NCBI GenBank assembly: GCA_003427395.1 | Contig: BFEA01000001.1 | Location: 13,528,967 to 13,592,966, forward strand | Source of the DNA: Chara braunii | Lineage: Eukaryota; Plantae; Charophyceae | DNA length: 64,000 bases | Reading direction: 5' to 3' | In this document: positions 36,601 through 48,184 of the stretch, piece by piece | Layout of the letters: each line of letters begins with the position of its first letter | Numbering within the stretch: the stretch's first letter is position 1 | Translations under genes and position numbers: made by a program | The notes under the pieces: generated by a model | Databases searched by the model: none | The model's input: the letters and a program-made list of their open reading frames with translations, nothing else | What the model was told of the DNA's origin: nothing

Positions 36601-36618
36601 CCTTCTCGCGTCCTCCAT
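18641..36618 (-). CDS. DRE2: Anamorsin / Fe-S cluster assembly protein DRE2 (CIAPIN1 homologue); spliced CDS join(36618-36480,31742-31567,27307-27122,24028-23773,21690-21539,20389-20315,18679-18641), 340 aa
   Basis: Exon lengths 139+176+186+256+152+75+39 = 1023 nt. All introns are GT-AG with matching phases (1,0,0,1,0,0). The protein has an N-terminal methyltransferase-like region, [15 protein letters not shown], acidic linker [15 protein letters not shown], motif 1 C-X10-C-X2-C-X-C ([17 protein letters not shown]) and motif 2 C-X2-C-X7-C-X2-C ([15 protein letters not shown]), then [13 protein letters not shown]. These are DRE2 hallmarks. Confidence 0.95.
20315..20389 (-). CDS. DRE2: DRE2 coding exon 6 ([25 protein letters not shown])
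   Basis: 75-nt phase-0 exon missed by the ORF track. Acceptor CGCAG, donor GTTTGT. Diagnostic anamorsin C-terminal motif. Confidence 0.96.
21539..21690 (-). CDS. DRE2: DRE2 coding exon 5 (Fe-S motif 1, ...[13 protein letters not shown]...ENPQSNCGN)
   Basis: Acceptor TGCAG, donor GTGAGT. Diagnostic [12 protein letters not shown]. Confidence 0.96.
21935..22160. repeat. ~75-bp tandem repeat x3 in DRE2 intron 4
   Basis: GCAGAAGGAAGCCTATTGACACAG.TACCTATAATT.TAAAAATTTATAAGACAAAAA repeated. Confidence 0.85.
23773..24028 (-). CDS. DRE2: DRE2 coding exon 4 ([16 protein letters not shown]...[22 protein letters not shown])
   Basis: Acceptor GCAG, donor G|GTATGG. Conserved KP.W..G.SF.L and LIDED.LL motifs. 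Confidence 0.95.
24630..24900. repeat. Modular repeats (GCTAACTCTGTTGGCT x4, GCGACCTACTA, GCATGTGCAGTG) at the edge of an unclassified insertion in DRE2 intron 3
   Basis: Motifs seen directly; termini of the larger insertion could not be resolved. Confidence 0.6.
27122..27307 (-). CDS. DRE2: DRE2 coding exon 3 ([28 protein letters not shown]...VPLA)
   Basis: Acceptor TGTCAG (phase 0), donor [16 protein letters not shown] motif. Confidence 0.88.
27331..27506. repeat. Perfect 88-bp tandem duplication just upstream of the DRE2 exon 3 acceptor
   Basis: CACACACGACCAGCAATACATAC...GTACAGTCATGTATATAA at 27331-27418 and 27419-27506. Confidence 0.9.
27536..28076 (-). mobile_element. Second, older copy of the hammerhead retroelement (DRE2 intron 2), with internal duplications
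   Basis: Collinear with 15588-15935: CGTCA.AACAGAACTG...GAGGGGCTGTGACA.ACTGTTTC.TCGGAGTTTCACCGACTCATCAGG...AAATACACTCCAGACAC.CCGCTGGCACTAGA. Confidence 0.85.
27670..27727 (-). ncRNA. Type III hammerhead, probably inactive variant
   Basis: CAGACUG-CA-GAGG(GUUCGA)CAUC-CUGAUGA-GUCGG(UGAAACU)CCGAU-GAAA-CAGUCUG. U16.1 is replaced by C and stem I has a mismatch. Confidence 0.7.
28383..28488 (-). pseudogene. Full-length retroposed U6 snRNA pseudogene in DRE2 intron 2
   Basis: Reverse complement GTCCTTGGGTAAATCCGTTAAAATCGGAACGATACAGAGAGAGAAGATCAGCATGGCCGCTGCGCCAAGGATGACATACATAAATCGAGAAATGGTCCAAATTTTT. Flanked by a 12-bp direct repeat TTTCCCATTACT (28361-28372, 28491-28502). The ACAGAGA box is expanded. 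Confidence 0.9.
28672..28774. mobile_element. Tc1/mariner-pogo-type MITE (~103 bp)
   Basis: TIRs CCGTCTTCCCCCGAACATAACGCACCCT / AGGGTGCATTGTGGTCGGGGGAAGAAGG, TA on both sides. Confidence 0.8.
29441..29761. mobile_element. Possible PIF/Harbinger-type MITE
   Basis: Ends GGGCA...TGCCC with inverted subterminal TCACACGGGG / CCCTCGTGTGA. Flanks TCA / TGA are not an exact TSD. Confidence 0.4.
29781..29812. other. Nextera mate-pair junction adapter (two Tn5 mosaic ends head to head); assembly contamination
   Basis: CTTATACACATCT+AGATGTGTATAAGAGACAG equals the junction adapter lacking only its first 6 nt. Confidence 0.95.
29870..29937 (+). pseudogene. Internal U6 snRNA fragment embedded in a ~200-bp tandem repeat
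   Basis: TAAAATTGGAAAGATACAGAGAAGATTAGCATGGCCCCTGCCCAAGGATGACACGCATAAATCGAGAA has 2 mismatches to plant U6 over 68 nt. No 5' stem or U-tail. Confidence 0.9.
30912..31340. repeat. Diverged ~130-bp direct repeat (period ~300 bp)
   Basis: TCAACGAT.G..TGTTTT...TCAGCGAA.ATCCGAAGGTGA...ATAATAATGGGAG...AAAAAGCCACC at ~30912 and ~31215. Confidence 0.75.
31567..31742 (-). CDS. DRE2: DRE2 coding exon 2 ([48 protein letters not shown]...)
   Basis: Acceptor GCAG, donor [14 protein letters not shown]...[10 protein letters not shown] is the methyltransferase-fold motif of DRE2. Confidence 0.92.
34595..34681 (-). mobile_element. tRNA-derived SINE family 1, head
   Basis: Reverse complement CCAACTGGCCTAGCTCAGTTGGTACACGCACCTTAACTGTTGAAGTACATATCCGAGTCCGAACTCC has A box TAGCTCAGTTGG and a degenerate B box. 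Confidence 0.65.
36480..36618 (-). CDS. DRE2: DRE2 coding exon 1 ([47 protein letters not shown])
   Basis: ATG at 36618. Donor G|GTATGG is phase 1, matching the exon 2 acceptor. Length and pattern resemble plant DRE2 N-termini. Confidence 0.8.
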
Positions 36619-37279
36619 TGCGATGATCAGGCCGATAAAAAGCCAGTCTCGCGCAAGACTTGCAAATTGCCGTGGCCAGAGAACAGCCGCCAACCGAGAG
36701 GAAAGTCACGATTACGGTGGCACTGAGATGTCAAACCTTATTGACGCTCACCGCTCACTACCTCGCCTCCTCGTAAATGGCGGCGACCGTCGTCCACCAG
36801 CGCCGAGAACGCACGACAGCAGGGCGGCAGCACGCCGATGGCTAGCAGTACCTGCCGAGACCTGACTTTTTAAGGGATCGAAGGCGCACGATGAGCGCGA
36901 GGTGTTTGAAAAAGGAACGACAGGAGGAACTGGCACCAACCACAAGAAAGTTCACTCGTCCGCTCGGAGCCGCAGGTTTGTCCGAACAACACGAAGGAAT
37001 TGACACAACAGCCCGGCCGCGGACGCGCCTCAGTTGTTACGACAGAGAGAAATGGCAGAAACGGGCGCGCACGTGTGTGTGCGTGCTGCGCGCGTGCCTC
37101 TGCGTGTGCTGTGTGTGGTTAGAGTGTGTGTTGCTTTGTTGCTTTGTTGCTTCGGTTCCTGATTTGCGAAAAATGCTCCCGTGGTTAGAGTGCGTGTTGC
37201 TTTGGTTTCTGATTTGTGAAAAATGCTCGCGTTCCTATGCTGCGAGAAGACGAAGATGATAGGATATTCGCAGCCCTAA

Positions 37280-37579
37280 GGGCTGCAGTTCGTAGGCCTC
37301 GTATACTGGGGTAAGGGGGTTGCCGCGTCGGTGTCAAGGTGGCGCGAATTTTTGTGGTGGGCGACCGCTCAAAACGGAGTATAACCGGGGTGGAAGTTGT
37401 GGGTGAGCGGTCCTTCGCTGTTTTCTTTTTTTTTCCCTCGTTCAACAGTCCTTTCCCAACATGGGTGTGAGTGCGCCCATCAGTCAGGGTTGCGTTTTAT
37501 TATGCCCTTGAGACCTTCAACGTCAATTCAATTGACTTACCATGAGGGCAGGGGTGCCCAGCCCGTAGTTTGTTCGGTG

Positions 37580-37620
<41 letters not shown>

Positions 37621-37792
37621 CATTCGAGCCATGCACGCAGAGAGATATGGAGAGGCTACTTCCATCGACAGGACGAGCAAACTCATAATGAATCTATGGA
37701 AATATACACTGCTTTTCAGCCATCCGCGCAGAGAGATATGGAGACGCTACTTCCATCGATAGGATGAGCAAAATCAGAATGAATCTTCCGCT

Positions 37793-37841
<49 letters not shown>

Positions 37842-37897
37842 ATTTGAATGAGCAGAATCGAATGAATCAACCGCTACAATATGGAAATATACACTAC

Positions 37898-37959
<62 letters not shown>

Positions 37960-38125
37960 AGTGTGTGTGAGATAGAGAGAGAGAGTTACATCGATAGGAT
38001 GAGCAACGCACCGGCCAACAGGTAAGTCTCCAACCCCGCAGCTGACCTCACGCTACTTCCATCGATAGAATGACCAAAACCGAATGAATCTTTCACTACA
38101 ACATGGAAATATACACTACTGCACT

Positions 38126-38156
<31 letters not shown>

Positions 38157-38863
38157 GAGAGAAAGAGAGAGAGAGGAGGGGAGGCAAAGCGCGGGTGCCG
38201 TTTCATCAATTTCCAATGACATGCGTCAAACATTTCGACCAATTTTTGCCTACGCACCGTTTCCAAAGGTATCGTTTCAACCATTACCATCTGCCTGCCG
38301 CCCAGCGACCCCGCCAACAGCGGTCCTACACGATCCCGCCCCTTGCTAGGCCCCAAATCTCAAAATGCCCACCCTCCCGAACGATCACCGACGTTGAAAT
38401 TTAAAGTGATGTTGAAATGTCTAAGGGGGGGGGACGCAACCTTGACGGGCTGCAAACTTTCAACGTCGGTGGTCATTCGGAAGGATGGACAATATTGAGG
38501 TGAGGGTTTAGCAAGGGGCGGGGCGGGCGAAGGACCGGTAGATGCCCACAAGAGGCCGAGGATGCAGCGATCCTTGAGTTTGACATTTCAAAATCGGAAC
38601 ATCGTGGGAGGTCGGGGAGGCCGAGGAGGCTGCGGTCATTGAGTTTTGAACATTTCGAAATCAAAACGGTGTATGTCCACTTTTTCGAATAGAAAAGCAC
38701 TTCAAATAGAAAACATGCGTTTTGTATTCGAATACAACGTATACCCTTTCTCTTCAAATTTTGAAAAAAAAAAAAATTGTATTCCAATAAAACAATACAT
38801 TTTCTTTTTTTTTTTGCGCTTGCCCTTATACACCCCGTCACCGACATGTTGCATGCTGCAGGG

Positions 38864-38947
<84 letters not shown>

Positions 38948-39108
38948 TCACTCTCACATACACACACATACACACACACATTTTTCTGCCTATTGATGGG
39001 GAGCAGTGTCGGGCACGACGATCCCACACCTTGCGGCAAGTATCGGACCTCACGGTTGTATCAACCAATTGTTCACTTTCATTCATATTACACTTATTGT
39101 CGCAGCCC
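37280..39108. mobile_element. Non-autonomous PIF/Harbinger-like element (~1.83 kb) upstream of DRE2
   Basis: TAA TSD at 37277-37279 and 39109-39111. Termini GGGCTGCA / CGCAGCCC. Interior holds (AG)n, (TG)n and repeated CTACTTCCATCGA modules. Confidence 0.6.
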
Positions 39109-39141
39109 TAAGGTAGTCTAATCAATGAGACTAAGAGCTAA

Positions 39142-39209
<68 letters not shown>

Positions 39210-40654
39210 AATGGCAAAATTGAAATATGGGTCAAATTACGGCAGCGATCTATTTTGCAGTTGGAATAATTTTTTTTAATTTATTTAGCGTTTTTCCTAG
39301 AAAGAGCAAAACAAAATTTACGAGTACTCCAATTTTTAGATTTTTTCACGCATTCTTCTGAGCGTGAAAGCTTACTGAATTTGGAGCACGTTTTTAGTTG
39401 GCCCAGGCATGGCTGATTGGCAAAAATGGAAAATGTGTCGAATCGGCGCAGCGATTCTTTCGCACTGTAAATTTTTTTTTTTTAATGTTGTATTATTATT
39501 TATGGAAAGAACACGACCTCATCTATGGATTCTCAAAATTTCAGATTTTTGTGCATGTTCGTCCGAGCACAGAAAATCACCAAAGTTGCCTCTTGCAAAA
39601 CGCGTATTTCGTTGTGTCTGACCTCCCTGTTTTGAGAAGATGGGGCTCAATGCCTGGGCCTGAGGGCCCTTTTGCAGTTCACATGCCCGCACTTCTTTTG
39701 GGGGTCCGCTTCTACCCGAGGACCGGTCCAACGCCCACCACTTCTTTTTGGGGTCCACTTCCACCTGAGGACCGGTCCTTCCTTTTTCCAAAAGTCCCGA
39801 TTCTACCAGAGCTAGTTGTAGGTAGTCCGCAATTTTGCCAAGGACCGGTCCCCTAATTTTTTTTGCCCCTTGATAACCCACTTTACGTCCTGGTCGCCCG
39901 CTGCCAAAAATGCGACATCTTGACACAGACGCGGAAGCCCACTATACCGCAGCCTAAGGGTTGCGAACACTTTCAAATTTTTCAACCATACATTCTTTTT
40001 TTCGACTTAGTCATTTAGTCTGATCTGATTTCAGTGATTCAAGGACCATTTTGACCGAACACAGACCCTTTAGACAATGACAAAAAAATCATAAATTTAT
40101 TTCAATATAAAGGTCGGTGCAAAGTGTGGGTGTCAAGGGTGAGTAAGGGTTGAGTTGGCGAACCAACCTGTTACCATAAGGCAACAGCATGTAGTCTTGC
40201 ATAGACTCATAATGAGTCATTTTGAAAGTTAAGGTGACATGCAATCACATACATGTCAACAACTTGAAGGTTTTAACACCCCTCTCTATCGATAACACCC
40301 TGCATGAAGTTCAGTAATATATACTTCAAATCCAACGGGGGACAACTTCTTTTTAAAAAGTAGTTTCTTGGATTTTCTATCTGATTGTATCTAAGAGATA
40401 ACTATTCAATTCAAGTAATTTAAGGAAGTTTAATATTTAATCAGACTAAATGTAAGTAAGCAGTATAAAGACCCTCACCGAAGTCTTCATCATACTACCT
40501 ACTAGTCAATATGGATGCAGTCGAGCAACACGACGACTCACACTTGAGTCTTTATCATGCCGCTTTATGAACGCGACTAACCTATCATCGAAAAAACAAC
40601 AGAAAAATTTGCATTGGTGCATCCATCTTGCCTTCTTTGATTTAGTTTTAGTTT

Positions 40655-41690
40655 GAGTATACGTGATTAGTAGATTGACTCGTACTGGAGTCTCCTACCA
40701 CTTGTTCAACACCAGACAATCCATATTTGAATAAGTAGTTAAATAACTCATACTGGAGTATCTAACTACCATTTCAATACCAGTCAATCCACACGTATAC
40801 AAATAGTAGGATAAACACAAGCGAAATAATATATATATGTGTGTTTTTCAGACAAGTAGTAGGATCACTCAGACTGGAGTATCCCACTACCTTTTTAAAG
40901 TAAACGAACAGTAAAACAACTCACACTCGAGTACCCCGCTATTTGTTTAGTTTCCAACAACTAAACCACATCACACAAATTAGTGTAGACTTCAAGGTAG
41001 TAATAGGATGACTATCACAAAAACTCCCTACTACTTCTTGAACACTGCGCAACTTAACTTCAAACAAGTAATAGGATGATAATTACATGAGTTTTCTACT
41101 TATTTTTTTAATATCGCACAGACTCACTTCAAACAAGTAATAAGATTATTTGAAGTTAGTAATAGGATTACTATCACATGGGCTCACTACTACCTCTTGA
41201 ACACTACACAACTTAACTTCAAACAAGTAATAGGACGACCCTTACAAAAGTTTCCTACTACCTTTTGAATATCCAGCAGGCTAATTTCAAACGAGTAATA
41301 GGATGACCCCACAAGAGTCTCCTACTACCTGTTCGAGCGGATTATATGTAAGCAAGCATAAAATCAGAAGTAGGATGACTCACATAGGAGTATCCTAACC
41401 TTTTTTTCATAGTCAGTTAATTTAGATTCAAAACGACAATAGGTCGACCCTCACTAGAGTCACCTACTATCTTTTGAATATAGCATAGTCTGACTTAAAC
41501 AAGTAATATGAGGACTCACACAAAAATATCTCACCACTCGTTCAGTCCAAATGATTTAGACTTAGACAAGCAATAGGATGACCCACACATGGGTCCTCCA
41601 CATCCCGTCTGTCAATCTAGCAATCTAAGATATGTATACATGTACAAATGAGTAAGAGGATGTCCCTCTCACTGGAGCCTTATCCCATCA
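40655..41690. repeat. Degenerate ~60-bp tandem array of hairpin units
   Basis: Approximate consensus AAACAAGTA.TAGGATGACTCACACTGGAGTATCCTACTACC repeated more than 12 times. Confidence 0.8.
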
Positions 41691-41752
41691 CTCGTTACGT
41701 AGAGAGATGGTTAATGGAATGCATCGAAATTGAACATTGATATACCTTAAAG

Positions 41753-41784
<32 letters not shown>

Positions 41785-44412
41785 AACAATTCGAAAAAAT
41801 ATGACAAAATATATATATATATATATATATATAAACAATTCGAAAAAATATGACAGTTTCAGTGAAAAATCCGTCGAAAATGACACCACCTATTAACCAT
41901 AATCAGCATTCATACATTAACCTGATATAAAGCAATTGATGGTAGTACAAACGAGGTGCATAAGATAGGAATGAGAAAAAAATCGCCTACCTCAAGGTTC
42001 CCGGACTCCAGAGTTCCTTCTGAACTCTAGCAGAGCTCCCGCAATTGATGGGCAACATGAAGTCCCGCTAGATACAACCTTAGTATGGTTTGATCAGAGT
42101 GACATTCTGCCAATTATTTTTTCATCAGAGAAGCCTTACAGATAATTAAAGAGGTTTGAAGAATAATAAAATACAACTCTTAAAATGGGGGAGGGATCAC
42201 TCAATAAATAACATAGGAGACATTTAACGTTTTTTGTCATGAGGGCGTAAAAATGACAGTCAACCGTTATTAGCGGCTCGAAACTTGCATTCTTCTTTAC
42301 ATCCCTTCCCCTTCTTTCCCTCTCCCTTCTTCCTCTGCATGGTCGCCATTCCTACCTCCACACCCTTTTTCCCTGATGCCCCTCGCTCACTTATCCATTC
42401 TTCCGTACTCGTATCCTTCAAGCCTGTACCATGCGCGTTCGTCTTCAATGTTAAAGAAAGGGGGAATAATGCCAGGAATACGAGTGAGAGCGACAGACAA
42501 AAATCCAAATTGCAAAAATCACGAAGTAGCCCAGATAATCATGTACCCAGCAGAGAGCTCAATGCACCAAGATACCATCCAAAGAAGAGCAATACAATAA
42601 ACTCAAACATCAATGCGGACGACTCTGACCACACCAACATAGTATCCAATGTCGCTCCTCCCGATTGACGTTCAATGCCCACTCTACTCTACTCAACCTA
42701 TCCACACTTATCTACGTTTATGCAACTGTATCACATTGAAGTTGAAGACCAATGCACGTGACGTCACCACTAATGCAGGTCGTCAACGTACACCATGTAC
42801 ATTCCTTTCTCCTCTATCCTTCACAAACACATACATACCTCTTCTTGTAAGAGGCTTATAAATGATAGTCTACTAAGATCGCAAGGTTTGCATGAGTAAA
42901 ATCTACAACTTTTCTCAAAGGTATCTTTAGACTTTGGGCGACATAGTGAGTGGTGAGTCCTTATTCATCAGTCAAATGCATTCCTCGGCAGACTGTCTGT
43001 CCAGGTTCAACATCTGATATGTCAACGAAAATCCTATGAATCGTTCTGACACATTCATGTTTTTTTCTGTGGAGTTGTGTATAGTGGTCATGATAAGACA
43101 CACACACATATACACGCACACAAACACTTACTAATGAGAATCTCATTGTCCCTACCTATCATCAGATTGGACCCATAAAAAAACAGAGGTAGAAAAAGGA
43201 ATCGTGTCGAACTCGACTGTGATTTTATTTTCTGAAATGACGTGAGAGATGTACAATAAGTGAAAAACTTACGAAGCATGTACGTACTTTAGAACAACCA
43301 GGAGGATACGCACATGAAGCCAAGTTGGCCTCTCTCTCTTGTCTCTTCCTCCTCTTTCTTCCTTATTATGTGGATGCATTCTCTTTCTCCAACACGTGAT
43401 CGTTTTTTCATTTTCTGTGCACATTGTTATTTTCTGTCTCCACTCGGTTATCCTCATCCTCAACACTTGCCTAACTGTACTTTTGTCTCTTTTCTCGTGA
43501 TATTTCCTCCATTTTCAAGCTCGACTTCATTCTCCTCTTCGTGAGCCCATTTCTTTCAACCTCCATGTACATGCTCTCCTTTATCTCCTAAGTGTATGTC
43601 CTCTTGTTGTTTGCCCCTACGCTATCCTTTCTTATTATTTCTGCCCCACTTATCTCCTTCACTTACGTTCGTTGTTTTTTTCCCCCCTTTTCTTTGCCTT
43701 CATCATACTCGTTTTTTTCTTATTGGATCGACCAGCAATGATGGTCAAATTTCGTATGCATCTGACCACAATAACGTTCACATACTTGAGAAATAATAAT
43801 AGTAAAAAATATAATAATAAAAAAATAAAATGAATAACAAAATCAGCATCACTCATGATAGGTATTGTGATCATGATCATACTCGGGTGAGGCCATAATT
43901 GGGATGACATCGATTTCGGTTTGGAACATAATCTATTTTGTCAGAGACTCGGATTATAACGAAGATAACTATGTCACCTAACAATATATAAACAACGCGA
44001 AAAATCAAATAATAAAAATGAATGTATACAAATTATATTTATGGTCCAATTCATTTATAATAAGGGTGTTATGTATTCAAAAACGGTGTCATTCACGAGT
44101 AAGTTTGCTCATTGATTTCCTCGAATTCGCTCCTACCTTTTTCTTCTTCTGTCTTTTGCCACCCTCGACATTTATTTTTCCTCTTCTTTTTCTTCACCGT
44201 TCGCTCTACCTTCGTCCCCCCTCTCCTTCTTTCTCCACTTCTTCCTCCTTTGCTCCTCGTGTTCAACATCGTTGTCCTCTTGTCGTTCGTCACTCACATC
44301 TCCTTTAGTGCATATTTTGTCTCATTGAATACTTCTTCTTCCCACATGCACTTTAATTCCCGATCATTTGCTTCTCCTCCTTTCGTGCCTTCATGCTCTC
44401 ATACAAGAGGTG

Positions 44413-45050
44413 TTGTCGAGCGCATCGGTCCAGCACAGCACAAGCGGGGCGGGACCTTCTCGGTCGCGTCACGTAGGAGTTGGTTTATTCGTCATCGAGA
44501 CATATACATGGAGTTTCTGCAAGTCGCTCAGACCGAGTGCGCCAACCATACCTCTCGCGAGCCCCTACGAGAGGATAGGGCCTACGCGAGGCACGACTTA
44601 CCTCCACCTTACGGGAACTGTCACCTCCTTCGGTGGGCGTATCCCCGTCGAGCTACCAGTCTACAGTACGAAAGCTAATCAGCTGCAATCGCAGAGGTGG
44701 ACCAGTCGAGGGCATTTCTCGTTCACTGTAGCATAGGGGGTACACACGGTTTCACACCTCTATTGGACTCACATGCGAACCGACACCTTGGGGGGCTGAG
44801 GTCCCAAGCTCGACCCGTCGCCCGTCGACTAGGACGCACGAACACGCCACTCTAAAGACATAAAAATTAAAACACACACACACACACGGACAACGACACA
44901 AACAAAAAATGCATACAATCCTAGTCCCTTCAGTACCTATCCCATAACTTTCCGATGCGAAAATCGGATAGGCCACGCGCGCGAGACTTAGTATAAAACC
45001 GAGCGGACGCAGGACTTTCCCATATCGACTAGCAATATATGAATATGCAA
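44413..45050 (-). repeat. Interspersed structured repeat, copy B
   Basis: Reverse complement aligns with 6940-7537. The adjacent 44950-45300 region contains several strong hairpins. Confidence 0.75.
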
Positions 45051-45473
45051 TCAGCCACGATGATGAAGTATTATGTAGTACCCATAACCAAATAGTCCCT
45101 CGTGGGCTCGAGTAACGCTTATGACACTCAAGTCTCAAACTCGAAGTATCGTGAGGGTCTACCCCTTCACGATATTGCACGACTGAAGGAACAACCGTGC
45201 GGCCTCCGGGCCACCTCCGGCCTTTAGGCTGAGTGTCCCCGTGGGCAGGGGAAATAGACTCTGCGTGGGGGGGTGATCCCTTCCATGCAGAGTCTAGGAC
45301 CTGGGATGTCCTGGACGAGGACCACGAATCCAGACCCATGACCAACGTCCGACTAAAAAATCTTTAAAAAGTAAACAATCGGTAAAGGAAGAGAATTCTC
45401 CTTTCTTTCTCAACCTTGATCTCAATTTAACCCTTAACCGTGGACTCCTTAGGCCACACGAAAACCCAAACAT

Positions 45474-45477
<4 letters not shown>

Positions 45478-45552
<75 letters not shown>
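45478..45552. repeat. (TA)n microsatellite
   Basis: About 37 perfect TA units. Confidence 0.98.
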
Positions 45553-45555
<3 letters not shown>

Positions 45556-45642
45556 GGTAACCGACGTTCAGGACGGGCGGAACGCCCAAACCCGAACGCC
45601 CAAACGTATGGGACCCCTAGGGGATGCGTTCGGCCGCCCGGA
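45553..45642 (+). mobile_element. Truncated end of a hAT-type element related to 377-1106
   Basis: CAGGGTAACCGACGTTCAGGACGGGCGGAACGCCCAAACCCGAACGCCCAA is similar to 377-430. No partner TIR was found. Confidence 0.65.
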
Positions 45643-45842
45643 TGTTGGTGCGTGCATATGACCGTACTCGTCGTACTGAGACATCTGCTCCTATTCAACC
45701 AACTGACCCTTTTCCTCCTCCTCCGACAGAGGAGATCGCCGAGGACGAGTCTGCTCCCTCTGAGGTCGTTCTTCAGCAACAGACGGACGCCTCCGCACGT
45801 CCACAACGCACTCGTCGATGCCCTCGACGTCTTGACGATTGA
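45643..45842 (+). mobile_element. Probable LTR-retrotransposon remnant (integrase C-terminal tail)
   Basis: Pro/Glu-rich frame ending SARPQRTRRCPRRLDD*, resembling the R-x-x-R-x-R-R-x-P-x-R-L-x-D tail common after LTR-element integrases. No RT or IN core is present. Confidence 0.4.
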
Positions 45843-48184
45843 CACTTTGATCACCTACTATCTCCCTACTGACTCACACCATTAGATACTCCATCATCAT
45901 CTTATTCCGGATGTCAGCGTTTTGTGGCTTTGCATCCATATCGACTCGACTTCTACTTCATCGACGTCATCGACTACTTCGACGACTTCAGCTACCTTAT
46001 CGACTTCAGTCACCTTATCGGTTTTAACTACTTTGGACGTGACTCCCTGAGTCCCCCCCCCCACACCACCACCCTACCCTATATATTCCATGTATATTCA
46101 CTTAGCTGGGTCTCCTTGAGTTGGGCTCTCCCTTGGTATCGCATAGGCATTGAGACCGTAGTGTTATCTTGGCTTCCCTGCTCCCAGATTTAGCTCCTCC
46201 CTTCCCCAGTCGGTGAGTTGTGTGCATGTTTCCCTCACCCACTTCCCTCATCACCCTAGTGTCGGCTCTTGCATGCCTTCAGTTAGGCATATCTCCACCA
46301 TATTCCAGGCTCCCTTTTTCCATGGTCGACCCTGCATGGTGTCACCCTTTTGTCGAGCATTACCCGCCCTGATGGTCTATCTGTTAGGGTCATTGGTTTT
46401 GTTTCGCTACCACTCTCTCACCTTGAGCCTGATGACCTATCCTACTTGATGTGTGACTGCCCTTAGGAGTTTAAATTCTTAGGCTGCATTCACCCCCTTT
46501 GAGACCATCCCATTCTTAGTGGTTCAACGACATGATATTATCTTATGACATATTGTTTTTTTTCCTTTCAGCACTGAGGCTATTCAAGTTGTCTTCAGGA
46601 CTTTAGGATTGTATATTGCTACATTTCATTTTCTGTTGTTAGCTACGATGTGTATACCAGACATTTGCTTTTCATTTGACATTATGTAGCTTAGACTGCA
46701 TCGCATGGACTCCGCATGGAGCGTGCTCCACATCTTAGATTTCTTAGCTTTCTTTATTGCAAAGTTCTGCTGCTTTTGCGGATAACGTGTTTATGGCTCT
46801 TGCGATCCATTACAGGTCTGAGGATCGTGGAGCGGACCCCCATCTACCCTGGCCTACAACCAGGGTCTGTTTGGCCATTTGCCAGTTCGGCCTGCAGGAC
46901 CAGGTCGTGGCCTGACCCCACACGCCGTGTACTATTCCAGTCTAGTCCAGTCTTGCCCGGTACCACTGTCGGTACGAGGCCATTCCAGTCCAGTCTAGTC
47001 AGTCCGCTGGGGGTATACCCCAACTGTTGTTTGTTTTTCATCATTTTTCACTTTTGCACATCTTGAAGTACGTGCGTGTTGAGTCTGCGTTGGGGTTGTG
47101 CTGTCCCTTCCAGCTCCATCTCTACCTCCTCCTTCGCCAACCCTTCTTCTCCATCCTGACGGACCGCCATCCCGGCGGGTCCGACACACATGCACAATAT
47201 TTTTTGTTGATCCTGTCTACCATCTATAGATAAGGGAACGCGCTCGGGAGGATTAACGAGAAAGAAAACTCGCTCATGCTTGACTTCAGTTAAACTTTGT
47301 GGAATGACTTGAAAAATGTATTATAAATCGGAGTTTATCTGATGCACATGGTCGTTGCTCGATTACGAAGGAGTGCACGCGTCACCAGGTGAGCCTTTTC
47401 TCCCCCCTCTTTCTCCCTCTTATTCTTGTTCTTCTTTTTCTGCGGACGATCTTCATCCTTCGACGCGCTTTTTTTTCTTCTTGTTTTTTTTTTCGTTTCT
47501 TCGACTATGTGCACTTTTTTTTTTTCTTTGTCCCGCAATCGCCTTTTCCCTTTTCGCATCTTTGCCTCCTTCTAGAGCCTTCACACTCGTCTAACTTCTC
47601 GCGCTCTTTTCCTCTTTTTGTACTCGTCTTCTTCTTGATATGTGTGTTCCTCCACTCTCGTTTTCGCCTCCTTCCCGTTCATCGTTTTTTTTCTCTCGTT
47701 CGTCTCCTTCTCCTTAGTGTTCCCTCATCCCCCATTTTTCTTTTTTGTTTGTCCTCGGTTCCCATTCATACGTGCACTGTCAATAATTACAATTAAAAAA
47801 TGGATGTATATGTTCGTAGTCACGTCCATATACGTTAAAGTAACATAAATTATACATAAAATATAAATAAAAATAAAAATACATCTAAATAAAAAGAATA
47901 TAATATATATGTCAGGTGCAGTCTACTTTCGTCCACAATTATTTATGCAACAAGCGTAAAGCACAATACAATACCTTTGTACTTGCTTCGACAATGTACT
48001 ATGAATGAACTGCACAAGGATTGAAAGTTTAAATTCACTTTTGCAGGCGAAACAAATCTAGCGGTGATGCTTGAAACGCCAATTTAGGCCTTGTAGTAGG
48101 TGTCGATTTAGGCCCTGTAGCCCGGTAGAGCTTAAGGTCGTTAGAAGTCTGGCAGACCCGGTACCAACCGGAAAAATATAAGTC

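Noticed and set aside
40655-41690. CRISPR-like appearance of hairpin arrays (also 10545-11150, 16970-17420, 12708-12808)
   Set aside because: In the long arrays the repeats are degenerate and the intervening sequences are homologous to each other; the 45-bp doublet has only two units. There are no cas genes and the context is eukaryotic.
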